From Candidatus Shapirobacteria bacterium (GTDB lineage Bacteria; Patescibacteriota; Microgenomatia; UBA12405; BS750m-G30), in contig JBDRHA010000008.1 in the NCBI GenBank assembly GCA_043817235.1, forward strand, positions 112-64,111: 64,000 nucleotides of DNA. Direction: 5' to 3'. The translations under genes and the position numbers were made by a program. Every line of letters begins with the position of its first letter. Within the stretch, counting starts at the first letter, position 1. This document shows positions 37,873 through 46,994 of this stretch, in pieces. Under the pieces are notes generated by a model that was not told the origin of the DNA, made no database searches, and saw nothing but the letters and a program-made list of their open reading frames with translations.

Positions 37873-38334
37873 TTAATTTTCCTGCTCTTCCAGTGAGTGA
37901 AGTATTTTTTTGTGGATGCGTATTAGCTCTTTTAAGTCGCTTTCTGATATTAAGTCTAAAACCTTACCCATTTTGTGAAACATCCGCTTACGTGTCTCAA
38001 CTATCTCTGATCTGCCTTTATCAGTTAGATTAAGACGCACTATTCTACGATCGTTAACGTCGGGTTTTCTTGAAATCAGTTTGTTTTCGGTTAATCTGTC
38101 TGTAAATTGAGCAATAGATGAAGATGACATGTTTACAGCTTGAGCTAGCTCACTCACAGTTGAGTTTGGACTTTCGCTCAAATAAGATAATCCTTGCATT
38201 TGCAAAATTGTCGCAGCCTTATCTTCCAAGGAGCAGTTAACACTTCTTTCTGCAATGCGACTAATTTTGGTCACTGTTGCAAAAAATTCTTCGAATAATT
38301 CTTGTTTTATATTGTTCATAATTAACTTAGACAT
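37873..38334 (-). CDS. MarR family regulator
   Basis: TVSELA...DRL...DRRIVRLNLTDKG; start 38334 or 38319. Confidence 0.88.
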   Translation of the reverse strand: MSKLIMNNIKQELFEEFFATVTKISRIAERSVNCSLEDKAATILQMQGLSYLSESPNSTVSELAQAVNMSSSSIAQFTDRLTENKLISRKPDVNDRRIVRLNLTDKGRSEIVETRKRMFHKMGKVLDLISESDLKELIRIHKKILHSLEEQEN

Positions 38335-38338
38335 TAAG

Positions 38339-38367
38339 TATCTTAACATATAAGATATTGTTGTCAA
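38339..38367 (-). promoter_or_regulatory. marR promoter with palindromic operator
   Basis: TTGACA (minus, 38367-38362); IR TATCTTA-N5-TAAGATA at 38339-38357. Confidence 0.55.
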
Positions 38368-38395
38368 TAGTTAATTTAATGTATTAATAATCCCC

Positions 38396-38528
38396 CTTTT
38401 TTATACTGTCTCATTTGTCTCACCGTGTCCATCCATAGCTTTAGCGAAGGAGGATTTAACCTCAGATGTGATATGCTTGGAGAAAGCAGTTATGAGCTCG
38501 AAAGGTTCTAGACCGGCCTGCTCAGCCA
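38396..38528 (+). repeat. Island right-end motif R1 (att-like, tRNA 3' mimic)
   Basis: First 28 nt 27/28 identical and last block 24/27 identical to 47924-48022; ends GGTTCTAGACC...GCCA. Confidence 0.8.
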
Positions 38529-38616
38529 GTACGGGCACCTCTGCCGACCGAGGTACCTCAAATATCCCTTATTATCTTGTAAAACGCCCATTTTCAAAGC
38601 CGAGAATTCGAACCGC
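38529..38616 (+). repeat. Island left-end motif L2
   Basis: GCACCTCTGCCGACCGAGGTACCTCAAATATCCC...TAAAAC...ATTCGAACCGC; follows GCCA as L1 does. Confidence 0.7.
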
Positions 38617-38697
38617 TTTTTACCCTCAAAAAAGCCCCGTTCGAATCCGACTTCTGCCATTGTTTTAACTTGCTTCCTGTGATATAATTCGTTCAGT

Positions 38698-39336
38698 ATG
38701 TTAGAGAATAGGACCAGGAAAAGAATTTTTGAAATGCTTAGCCAGGCAATAAGCAGCGGGGAAGTAATTTCTCTTCGGAATATTGGGGACGAGCTTGGCT
38801 TGGCTGCCAACACGATTCTTTATCACATCAAAAAGCTTGAAGAGAAAGGGCTTGTTATCAGAAATATTGATGGCAAGGTGATCCGCATCAATTCCCCGGA
38901 AGATAATTCTGCTATTGCCTTCTTGCCTCTCTTAGGAAATGCCGCCTGTGGGGAACCCCTGGGTTCAATCGTTGAAACCGAGACGATCCGTATGATCCCG
39001 GTACCACTTAACATTCTGGGAAGAAATTCCAAGCGCAACCTCTACATGATTGAAGCAGTTGGAGACAGTATGGCAGAAAAGATTGAAAACGGTGATTATG
39101 TTATTTTCGAGCCTAACCCCTCGCCTAATCCTGGGCAGATTGTTGTGGCCAGAACAAAAGATGGATTTACAATTAAAGTTTTTAAGAAAACAGCCTCTCA
39201 GTGTATTTTGAAACCATTAAATCCAAATTATCTCCCTCTGGTTTTTGACAAAAGTGAGATAGATGAATCTTTCAACATTGACGGTGTAGCTGTGGGGATT
39301 TTTAAACCGCAGGGAAATTTAGGAGGAGGCGGGTAA
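38698..39336 (+). CDS. LexA/CI-like repressor (wHTH + S24 peptidase)
   Basis: HTH N-terminus, AACG cleavage site, GDSM, TIKVF. Confidence 0.88.
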   Translation: MLENRTRKRIFEMLSQAISSGEVISLRNIGDELGLAANTILYHIKKLEEKGLVIRNIDGKVIRINSPEDNSAIAFLPLLGNAACGEPLGSIVETETIRMIPVPLNILGRNSKRNLYMIEAVGDSMAEKIENGDYVIFEPNPSPNPGQIVVARTKDGFTIKVFKKTASQCILKPLNPNYLPLVFDKSEIDESFNIDGVAVGIFKPQGNLGGGG

Positions 39337-39338
39337 AA

Positions 39339-39491
39339 ATGGCAAAAGTTATATGCCCATTGTTTCCTAATGGTATCAGCAACATAAGATACAGGCAAAT
39401 TAGAAACCCAAGGGATTTTATTCATGTTGCCTTTATTAAAAATTCTTTTGGAAAGAGGACAAGGAAGGGGATGTCGAAAAATGAAACCTAG
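39339..39491 (+). CDS. Small hypothetical ORF (50 aa, MAKVICP...)
   Basis: SD AGGAGG upstream; 2 nt after repressor stop; stop overlaps next gene. Confidence 0.35.
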   Translation: MAKVICPLFPNGISNIRYRQIRNPRDFIHVAFIKNSFGKRTRKGMSKNET

Positions 39492-39675
39492 AAATACATA
39501 CAAGTATGACTTTAAGGTCGGAAACAAAATAATGCACAGCGGGATTACTAGGAACCTAGATAGGCGTGAATTGGATCATAAACAAAAGTGGCCCAAAGGT
39601 CATACTGTTCAGATTGGCCGAAGAACAACCGAAGAAGCTGCCAGAAAATGGGAGGAAACAAAACAGAAAAGTTAA
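39481..39675 (+). CDS. Miniature GIY-YIG-like protein (64 aa)
   Basis: TYKY...HSGITRNLDRR..DH...ARKWE. Confidence 0.55.
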   Translation: MKPRNTYKYDFKVGNKIMHSGITRNLDRRELDHKQKWPKGHTVQIGRRTTEEAARKWEETKQKS

Positions 39676-39718
39676 AATAATGATTGAGAAACGAGCAAAA
39701 TGAAAGGAGGTGAAATTT

Positions 39719-40141
39719 ATGAAAAAGCGCATATTTATTAGCTTTGACTATGACCATGACAAAAACTATCGCTATTTATTGGCAGCCTTAGCCAAGAATC
39801 CACGATCTGATATTGAGTTTGACGATCTAACGCCAGAAGAGATTCAAAGCTACGATATTGGTCGAATAAAGGCAGTCTTAACGAGGAAAATAAGACAAGC
39901 TACGCATACATTAGTAATCATTGGAAAGCATGCAAATAGTTATCACCCGGACAGAGATGAAATTGGAGATCGAAATTGGCAGTGGTGGGAAATTAATAAG
40001 AGCGATGAGGAAAGAAAAGGATTTATCGCCGTAAAGATAGATTCATCCAACGACTCGCCGGAACCTTTGTATGGGAAAGGCGCAACTTGAGCAAAAACTT
40101 TTTCTGTTGATTCAATAGTAAATGCGATTGATAATGCTTAA
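39719..40141 (+). CDS. ThsB/DUF1863-like TIR domain protein with internal TGA at 40088
   Basis: RIFISFDY, TLVIIG, WQWWEI (catalytic Glu); frame continues AKTFSVDSIVNAIDNA to TAA 40139-40141; SD AGGAGGTG. Confidence 0.85.
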
Positions 40142-40143
40142 TT

Positions 40144-40797
40144 ATGGTAGCCACCGACGATACAAAACTTGAAATTCTGCACGATCACTATAAAGAAAGC
40201 TTCTCGTACATTCGTGGATGGGAAGAAAAACGTGATAGGCTTTTTATATTTGTGATTGCTATGATTGGTGTCTTATTTCTCGAGATACAGTATTCCGATC
40301 TTTTTTCAAGTATTTTGGGGAATATCAAATTGGAGTTTATAGAATTAAATATCGCCTTAATGCCTATTTCTGTTTTTTTGAGTCTTACATGGACTTATTT
40401 GTTTACGATTATATTGAAATATTGCCAACAGTCCATCCTTATTGAAAGACAATATAACTACCTGCATCACTTAGAGGGTAAAATATCCAAGTTTTTTGGC
40501 GGCCGGAACATTTACTGCCGTGAGAGCAGAGCGTACCTCAATAAGTATCCCCTCTTTTCGGAGTTAGCCTGGATTTATTATGGCTTTTTGTTTCCATCAA
40601 TAGCGATACTCTCAGTCTGGCTAGTTATTTATCTTGAGTGGAACAAAATTTCAGGGCCACTATATCACTTGGTCTATGATTCATTTTTGAGCATAGCAGT
40701 AATTACGTGTTTGATATTTTATAGATTTTATCCTTTAGGTAAAAAAATAGTACTGAAGGTGAAAGATAGAATTAATTTGGCTTTTCGGGCGAAATAG
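40144..40797 (+). CDS. 4-TM membrane protein, candidate TIR-linked effector
   Basis: Four hydrophobic segments; starts 2 nt after the full-length TIR stop. Confidence 0.7.
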   Translation: MVATDDTKLEILHDHYKESFSYIRGWEEKRDRLFIFVIAMIGVLFLEIQYSDLFSSILGNIKLEFIELNIALMPISVFLSLTWTYLFTIILKYCQQSILIERQYNYLHHLEGKISKFFGGRNIYCRESRAYLNKYPLFSELAWIYYGFLFPSIAILSVWLVIYLEWNKISGPLYHLVYDSFLSIAVITCLIFYRFYPLGKKIVLKVKDRINLAFRAK

Positions 40798-40878
40798 TTT
40801 GGCGCCTGCCGAACTTAACAATGAGCAATGTACGATAGAGAAATGGAGTTGTGAGGCCCAGATTAAAGTCTTGTGTAA

Positions 40879-42186
40879 TTACCTTATCGGAGCTGAGCAG
40901 ACTTCCTTGTCGTGGACATAAAGATGTTTGCCGAACACTTTAACGATTTCCCTTTTTTCTTCATCAGCACCATCCCTAAGGACATATTTGGCGTATTCCG
41001 TAAAAGAAACTTCCCCTGAGCCAGGATTAATGTCTTTGAGTAGTAGCACTTGTTCTCGGATTTTCCGATAGGTTTCTATTCCAATTTTAACTTTTGGAGT
41101 CAGCTTAATTTTTTGAGGGTGGTGCATGCTCATAAAATTGATATATCTGATTAGCGCTCCGATCAGTCGTTTTTCGTTGAGCATGGGTTCTTTACATCGT
41201 TTGTTTCTGGCTTTGGAGCATTGGTAGTAGACATGCCTTCTTGGATCACGATGTTTTCTTTTTCTGAATTTTTCTTCGCCGGTGACGGTAGCTCCGCAAC
41301 TGGCACATTTGAAAATGCTTCTAAAGAGTACGTTCCGACTACCCCATTTTGACTTTTTAGGAACCACCAACTTTCTTCTGGTTTCGTTAAATATCTTTTT
41401 GGTAATCAATGGTTTATGCCCACCCTTATACCAATTACCGCTGCCAATCGAGTATTCGAATTCACCATAATAAAACGGATCGCCAAGCATTCGGTAAACT
41501 TGGCTCAAAGTTAATGGCTTGCCGGATTTATTATTAAAACCAACCTTGTCAGCCCATTTTTTAATTTGCCTACCGCTTTCTCCATTTATTACCCTGCTAA
41601 ACATTTCGGTTATGTATTTACCTCTGTCTGGGTCAACAGCGATATCTTTCTTACCAGCAAATGAGCGGTTAATATAACCGATTGGCGATGGCCCTGGTCG
41701 CCAGCCCATTTCACACTTGGCTCGGATTCCTCTTTTGACATTTATTCCCCTGTTATCGTTTTCTAACTTCGCCTGACTACATAAAATCATTAGCAGAAAC
41801 TTTTCGTTGGGATTATTAGAGAAACTTTGAGAGAAAGTTCGTATCTGGAGTAGTTTTTCCTGATCCATCAAATCAACCAGCATTCCCAAATCGCCAGCAT
41901 TACGACTCAATCGATCCGGTGCCCAAGTTAAAATGCCGCTAAATTTCCCCTGAGCAACATCAGCCAGAAGCTTGTTAAAAACTGGTCGGGTACTGGAGAT
42001 CTTGGCCGAATGGCTTTCTTGATAAATCTCTAAGATTTCAAGGCTATCCCGTTTGGCCAGAGTTTTCATTTCCTTTATCTGTGATCCGATTGACATTGCT
42101 TGTCGTTCGTCTGACTCGCTAGACTTTCTGGCATAAAGGCAATAGTTGATCAAGTCGTTTTGGGTAGCGCTTTCTATCATCAACAC
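40879..42186 (-). CDS. Large serine recombinase (resolvase + recombinase + Zn ribbon)
   Basis: YARKSSE, DRLSRN, DPFYYG, GGHKPLI, CASCG...YYQC...C. Confidence 0.93.
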   Translation of the reverse strand: MLMIESATQNDLINYCLYARKSSESDERQAMSIGSQIKEMKTLAKRDSLEILEIYQESHSAKISSTRPVFNKLLADVAQGKFSGILTWAPDRLSRNAGDLGMLVDLMDQEKLLQIRTFSQSFSNNPNEKFLLMILCSQAKLENDNRGINVKRGIRAKCEMGWRPGPSPIGYINRSFAGKKDIAVDPDRGKYITEMFSRVINGESGRQIKKWADKVGFNNKSGKPLTLSQVYRMLGDPFYYGEFEYSIGSGNWYKGGHKPLITKKIFNETRRKLVVPKKSKWGSRNVLFRSIFKCASCGATVTGEEKFRKRKHRDPRRHVYYQCSKARNKRCKEPMLNEKRLIGALIRYINFMSMHHPQKIKLTPKVKIGIETYRKIREQVLLLKDINPGSGEVSFTEYAKYVLRDGADEEKREIVKVFGKHLYVHDKEVCSAPIR

Positions 42187-42234
42187 AAGGAATGACGCAA
42201 AGGGAAGGCTAAGTCAAGGCCCAAACGATGAATT

Positions 42235-43305
42235 TTAAATCTTTGCTAGTTGCTTAAGGAGTTGCTCGAAAGCTTTGATAGAGTAGTCCTTTATTCGCCA
42301 TTTAGCCATTATACCGAAAGAGGTTTTCATTTTTTCTGAAATTTCAGCTTCGGGAATTACCTCTTTGATTATTTTTCTCGATTCTTGGTCAATGTTTTTA
42401 GTGCCCCAAAATTCCAATTTTGGACCTTGGTTACCAGCAACTATTGGAAAGGAAATTGTTATCTTGTCACCAATGCTTGTTGTCACATAAAAATTTAAGT
42501 TTCTGGGAGTTTTGACAACAGCAACATTTTTCACCTCTTTCCCCCTTTCCTTTAATTGGTTAAAAAAGATGATCAACTTTTTAATATTTTTTTCTTCAGC
42601 TAATCCCTGATATGCTTCTACAAAATCTTCATCTGTCGGAATACTTCGGGTTGATTTAACTCCAAGGTCCTTTTTAACTTCTGCGCCGAATAACTTCGGA
42701 ATCAGAATTTCAAAGCCTTTGTGTTTGTAAAATTCCAGCTCAACTGCGTAAACGGTAAACTCACTGTTGTTATTTAAGAAGATAATCAGATCCTTTAATT
42801 GAGGATGAAGATGATCCATGAGGACTACAAACTTAAAGTTGCCGTCACTCAGATTTCTTCTGGTGTTTTCCAAAAGGTTGTCGGTTTCGTCTTCTGAGAT
42901 ACCGAAAAACTCCCCCAGCCTTTGACTTAAGGTTTTATTAAAATCCTTATTGGTATTAAGACTAACTTGTTCGACGAAATCGGTAAAATCTCGGTAATTC
43001 GACCAAAGTGATGCTCCGTAATCCAGAACCTGCGCAACCACCATTCTTTTATCCGGATTTTTGTAAAGCTTCGTTTCAATTAGATAAATCTCCCCCTCTC
43101 TATCCACACCCAAAGCATCAATCGATCCACTTTTTGTTGTAAACTCACGAGCTAAGATTAAAAGTCTTATGTCTTCTTTAATATCATAAAGGGGAATACT
43201 TTCGGGATTGTCATAAATATACTGTTGAAGATGATCTTCAAGTTCAAAATTGCTCTTGTTTATTTTGATCGCGTTCTTGCCATTTTTTGAGACGATGATT
43301 GCCAT
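42235..43305 (-). CDS. NucS/DUF91-like PD-(D/E)XK endonuclease domain protein
   Basis: EDHLQ, REF, IDALGVD, LIETK, QVLDY. Confidence 0.75.
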   Translation of the reverse strand: MAIIVSKNGKNAIKINKSNFELEDHLQQYIYDNPESIPLYDIKEDIRLLILAREFTTKSGSIDALGVDREGEIYLIETKLYKNPDKRMVVAQVLDYGASLWSNYRDFTDFVEQVSLNTNKDFNKTLSQRLGEFFGISEDETDNLLENTRRNLSDGNFKFVVLMDHLHPQLKDLIIFLNNNSEFTVYAVELEFYKHKGFEILIPKLFGAEVKKDLGVKSTRSIPTDEDFVEAYQGLAEEKNIKKLIIFFNQLKERGKEVKNVAVVKTPRNLNFYVTTSIGDKITISFPIVAGNQGPKLEFWGTKNIDQESRKIIKEVIPEAEISEKMKTSFGIMAKWRIKDYSIKAFEQLLKQLAKI

Positions 43306-43490
43306 TTACCCTCCAGTTATTTTTAGCTGGAGGGTTTAAATGATAAAGGCTCCCCTCCAGCTGATGGTCCTTACGGAATCCACCCGCCAACCTTTCGATT
43401 GGTGACCTGCAGAAGGCAACACTGACGAGGAGCTCTCGTCCCTTCTGCAGGACTTTCTTGCCATGCCCCGATTATTCGGGGTTTAGGCAA
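43306..43490 (-). ncRNA. Structured 5' leader with uORF and alternative SD-sequestering hairpins (candidate)
   Basis: 11-bp stem 43406-16/43441-51; GAAA- and GTAA-capped hairpins on minus strand; three CTGGAGGG/CCCTCCAG blocks; 42-codon uORF 43464-43336. Confidence 0.6.
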
Positions 43491-43617
43491 TATTTAATGG
43501 TAACGTTTTTTATTTTGATATTTTTAGTGATTTAATAAAGAAGCAAAACAACACAGATCTCCTGATTCCAGCCATAATCAATCTAAGGACCTCAGTTTAA
43601 TTAAGGCTAAATATTGC

Positions 43618-44160
43618 TTAAAGTTTTTTGTTCTTTTTAGCTTTATATAGACTCCACGCACTTAACACGGGGAAAATGATAATTTTGTTTCTTGCTATCA
43701 TATCTTCTATCTCTTTCTCAGAAAACCAAAAACTCTTAATACCCTCTTCTTCCGAATCCTTCCTTAAATAAGGAGCTTTTTCTAGATGCCTCCCCAGGTA
43801 AACAAAGACCATTGTGGCAGAACGTCGATTGTTTAGTAAAAACTTTCCCAAGAGTATTAATTTTTTGGCTCGTAGTCTAGCTTCCTCTGCAAGCTCGCGA
43901 TTAGCGCCAACTTCTGGACTTTCATTAACCTCAAGCGCTCCTCCAGGAAATTGATAAAGTTCTCGATCTTGAGGATAAGAATACTCTTTCTGCAAAAGAA
44001 TCTTTCTGTCTTTTCTGATAGCTATAACTAACGCTGTATCAGTCCTATGCTTAAATTTAAGATAGGTTGTCTTTGCACCACTCGGAAGTACAACTTCATC
44101 CTCAATCACAGTTAGTCGAGAATGAACAAGAGTTTCCTTAGATGAAATTTTTTTCCACAT
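43618..44160 (-). CDS. NUDIX hydrolase (NudF/NudE-like)
   Basis: Nudix box GALEVNESPEVGANRELAEEA. Confidence 0.9.
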   Translation of the reverse strand: MWKKISSKETLVHSRLTVIEDEVVLPSGAKTTYLKFKHRTDTALVIAIRKDRKILLQKEYSYPQDRELYQFPGGALEVNESPEVGANRELAEEARLRAKKLILLGKFLLNNRRSATMVFVYLGRHLEKAPYLRKDSEEEGIKSFWFSEKEIEDMIARNKIIIFPVLSAWSLYKAKKNKKL

Positions 44161-44169
44161 AAACTGTGC

Positions 44170-45600
44170 TTAATATGACTGGGCAAAAAGCCATCGATAA
44201 TGACTTTTTTTACCACAATAAATACATTTACCTTTCTCTTTTTTAGAATCCAAGGGCAAACAGCGAATAGTGGCTTTAGTTTCTTTCTTGATTTTGGCTT
44301 CGCACTTTAAATCTTCACACCAGAAGGCTGAAAGAAAACCGCGGGTGGTGCTCATAATATCTTTAAATTCATTATAACTATCAATAACAGGAGTGTTTTG
44401 TCGAGTGAATTTTTTGTGCTTCTCAAAAAGATTATGTTGAATCTTGTCTAGGAGCTTTTGAATAGTAGATTCTAGCTCGGAAACAGGCACCTTAACTTTT
44501 TTGCAGGTATCTCGGCGAAATAAAGTGATTTCATTGGCATTGGCTTCCTTAGCACCAATTTCCAAACGGATAGGTACACCTTTTAGTTCCCATTTATTGA
44601 ACTTGAAACCGGCAGATTCGTCGTCAACCAAATCAATTTCAATTCTGAACTTATTTTTGAGTTGATCGAAGATTTTTTGAGCAAACTTGGTGGCAATTTC
44701 TTGACCAGGAATGGGAACGACAATAATTTGAATTGGAGCAATATTGGGAGGCAAAATCAAACCACTGTCGTCACCATGAACCATAATTAAACTACCAATG
44801 CTTCTAGTGCTAAAACCCCAGCTGTTTTGCCATGGATGAACCGTACTTTTGTTTTGGTCCTGAACAGTCCATCCAATGGCCTTAGAAAAATTTTGGCCTA
44901 AATCATGAGAAGTGCAGGCCTGAAGGGCCTTGCCATTAGGCATTAATAATTCAAGGGTATAGGTTTTATAAGCACCAGCGAATTTTTCCGATTCGCTTTT
45001 AATACCAGGAATGCCATAAGTTGCCATTAAATTATTATAAGTTTTTTGGTAAGCATTCAGTGCCCAAATAACCTGATCTAAACTTTCTTTATGAGTTAAG
45101 TGGGCACAATGGCCCTCTTGCCATAAAAATTCCGATGTTCTTAAAAATAAGTAGGTTCGTTTTTCCCAACGAACGACATTGCCCCACTGGTTAACCAAAA
45201 TTGGCAATTCTCTCCAGGAAGTAGTCCATTTTTTGTACATTTCGTACATTATGGCTTCAGAAGTGGGACGAATAATTAATTTTTCCTTGAGTTTTTTACC
45301 ACCAGCAATAGTTACAACCGCAAAAAGGGGGGCAAAACCCTCAACATGTTCTTTCTCTTTGTTAATAAAACTTTCAGGTATGAATATAGGGAAGTAGGCA
45401 TTCTTGACTCCTCTTTCCTTAATTAATTTATCTAAAAACTGCTGGATAGCTTCCCAAAGAGCGTAACCATAAGGACGAATGATCATGCAACCTTTAACTG
45501 GGGCATAATCAGCCAATTCGGCTTTTAAAATTACATCGTTGTACCATTCAGACAAATCAACAGATCGTTTTTTGAGAAGATTTTTTTCAAATTTTGTCAT
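44170..45600 (-). CDS. proS: Proline--tRNA ligase, archaeal/eukaryotic type
   Basis: RPTSE, VVRWE, FLRTSEFLWQEGH, SWGFSTR, C-terminal QSY. Confidence 0.95.
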   Translation of the reverse strand: MTKFEKNLLKKRSVDLSEWYNDVILKAELADYAPVKGCMIIRPYGYALWEAIQQFLDKLIKERGVKNAYFPIFIPESFINKEKEHVEGFAPLFAVVTIAGGKKLKEKLIIRPTSEAIMYEMYKKWTTSWRELPILVNQWGNVVRWEKRTYLFLRTSEFLWQEGHCAHLTHKESLDQVIWALNAYQKTYNNLMATYGIPGIKSESEKFAGAYKTYTLELLMPNGKALQACTSHDLGQNFSKAIGWTVQDQNKSTVHPWQNSWGFSTRSIGSLIMVHGDDSGLILPPNIAPIQIIVVPIPGQEIATKFAQKIFDQLKNKFRIEIDLVDDESAGFKFNKWELKGVPIRLEIGAKEANANEITLFRRDTCKKVKVPVSELESTIQKLLDKIQHNLFEKHKKFTRQNTPVIDSYNEFKDIMSTTRGFLSAFWCEDLKCEAKIKKETKATIRCLPLDSKKEKGKCIYCGKKSHYRWLFAQSY

Positions 45601-45722
45601 ATTTTAATTGTAACATCTTCAGGCTGTGCGCGCCATTACAATACGGCAACTCAAAAATAGACTTGTGTTGCTCTGTTTTGTATAATGTTATAAATAAATT
45701 TATTATATTCAGAAAATAATTT

Positions 45723-46994
45723 ATGTATATCTTAGGCATACAGGGAAATTTTGGTAGACCAGAGCATGATCCTAGTGCGGTTTTAATATGTGACAATGAA
45801 TTAATAGCCGCAGTAGAAGAAGAAAGATTAATCAGATATAAGTGCGCATTTGGCGTAATGCCTGACAGAGCGATCAGATATTGCCTCAAAACAGCGGGTA
45901 TAACCATGAAGGACGTTGATGTTCTCGCTTTTCCGAGAAACACTTGGACCGGGCACGAAAATCGATTAAATTGGTATTCCGAATACAACTTTGGTTTTAG
46001 GCCAAAAAAAATTGAGTTTTTCGGTCATCATTTAGCCCATGCCGCTTCAACATACCACTACTCAGGTTATAAGAAATCTCTGATTCTTACAATTGATATG
46101 ACGGGTGACGGCATATCGTTGGCTGTTTTCAGAGCCAAGGGTAACAACATTCAATTAGTTCATGAAGTTCCTTTCCCTAATTCGCTGGGTATATTTATGG
46201 CATTAATTACCCAATATCTTGGGTTTAGAAGTAGTCAGGATGAAGGAAAGGTTATGGGCTTGGCTGCCCACGGAACCCCAAGCATCGATATGTCCCCTTT
46301 GCTAAAAATTACCAAAGATGGATATAAGTTTAACCCCAAAAGTTTACATCCGGAAGTATTTAAGAGATATCCAGAATTTCATATGAGACAGTTGCCTTTT
46401 TTCAGCAAGATGGTCGAGGGGGTTTTACCGAAAAGAAGATTGGCTAATGAGGAAATCCTAACAGAACATAAAAATATTGCTGCTAGTGCCCAAAAAATAG
46501 TTGAGGATGCGGTTTTTAAAATTATCGAATTATTTAAGAAAAGGAGTGATGAATATTTGTGCCTTGCCGGTGGAGTAACCCAAAACTCAGTATTAAATGG
46601 GAAAATTGTGAGCAGTAGATTATTTAAAGAGGTCTTTATTGCTCCAGCAGTTGGTGACGCAGGCAGCGCATTAGGTGCTGCAACTTTAGCACAAGTGCAA
46701 TCCGGTTTTAAGCCAAAGGTCATGAAATCATGTTACCTGGGCCCAAGTTATTCAAGTGAATATATTAAAAGTTATCTCGAGAAAAATCGTATTAAATATA
46801 AAGAATATCCGGATAGCGTCGACAAAGTGGCCAGTGATCTAGCCGAAGGGAAAATAGTTGCCTTGTTCCAGGGCCGTATGGAATTTGGGCCAAGAGCCTT
46901 GGGCAACAGATCACTACTGGCCAACCCAAAAACTAAAGGAATGAAATATAAAGTTAACATTATAAAAAATCGTGAACAATTTAGGCCCTACTGA
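45723..46994 (+). pseudogene. CmcH/NodU O-carbamoyltransferase, C-terminally truncated
   Basis: HDPSA, EEERLIR, HHLAH, EGKVMGLA, LAGGV, EFGPRALGNRS; stops at KNREQFRP where homologs continue. Confidence 0.8.

Larger units (their letters stand above)
30004..38528. mobile_element. Island 1 at tRNA-Asp 3' end (efflux cargo, no recombinase)
   Basis: Bounded by left-end motif 30004-30090 and right-end motif 38396-38528, both repeated in island 2. Confidence 0.65.

Noticed and set aside
38486-38528. preQ1-I or other riboswitch (AGGTTCTAG)
   Set aside because: No A-rich tail with matching pseudoknot, the second copy reads GGTCCTAG, and the position at island ends fits an att-like site better
38508-38813. 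Minus-strand 101-aa ORF and other shadow ORFs (e.g. 771-1072, 4489-4939, 45587-45988, 61854-62271)
   Set aside because: They overlap well-supported genes, tRNAs or GC-rich repeats and show no family motifs
43420-43445. Hammerhead ribozyme (CTGACGAG)
   Set aside because: The required GAAA core after stem II is missing on that strand; GNRA loops point to the opposite strand
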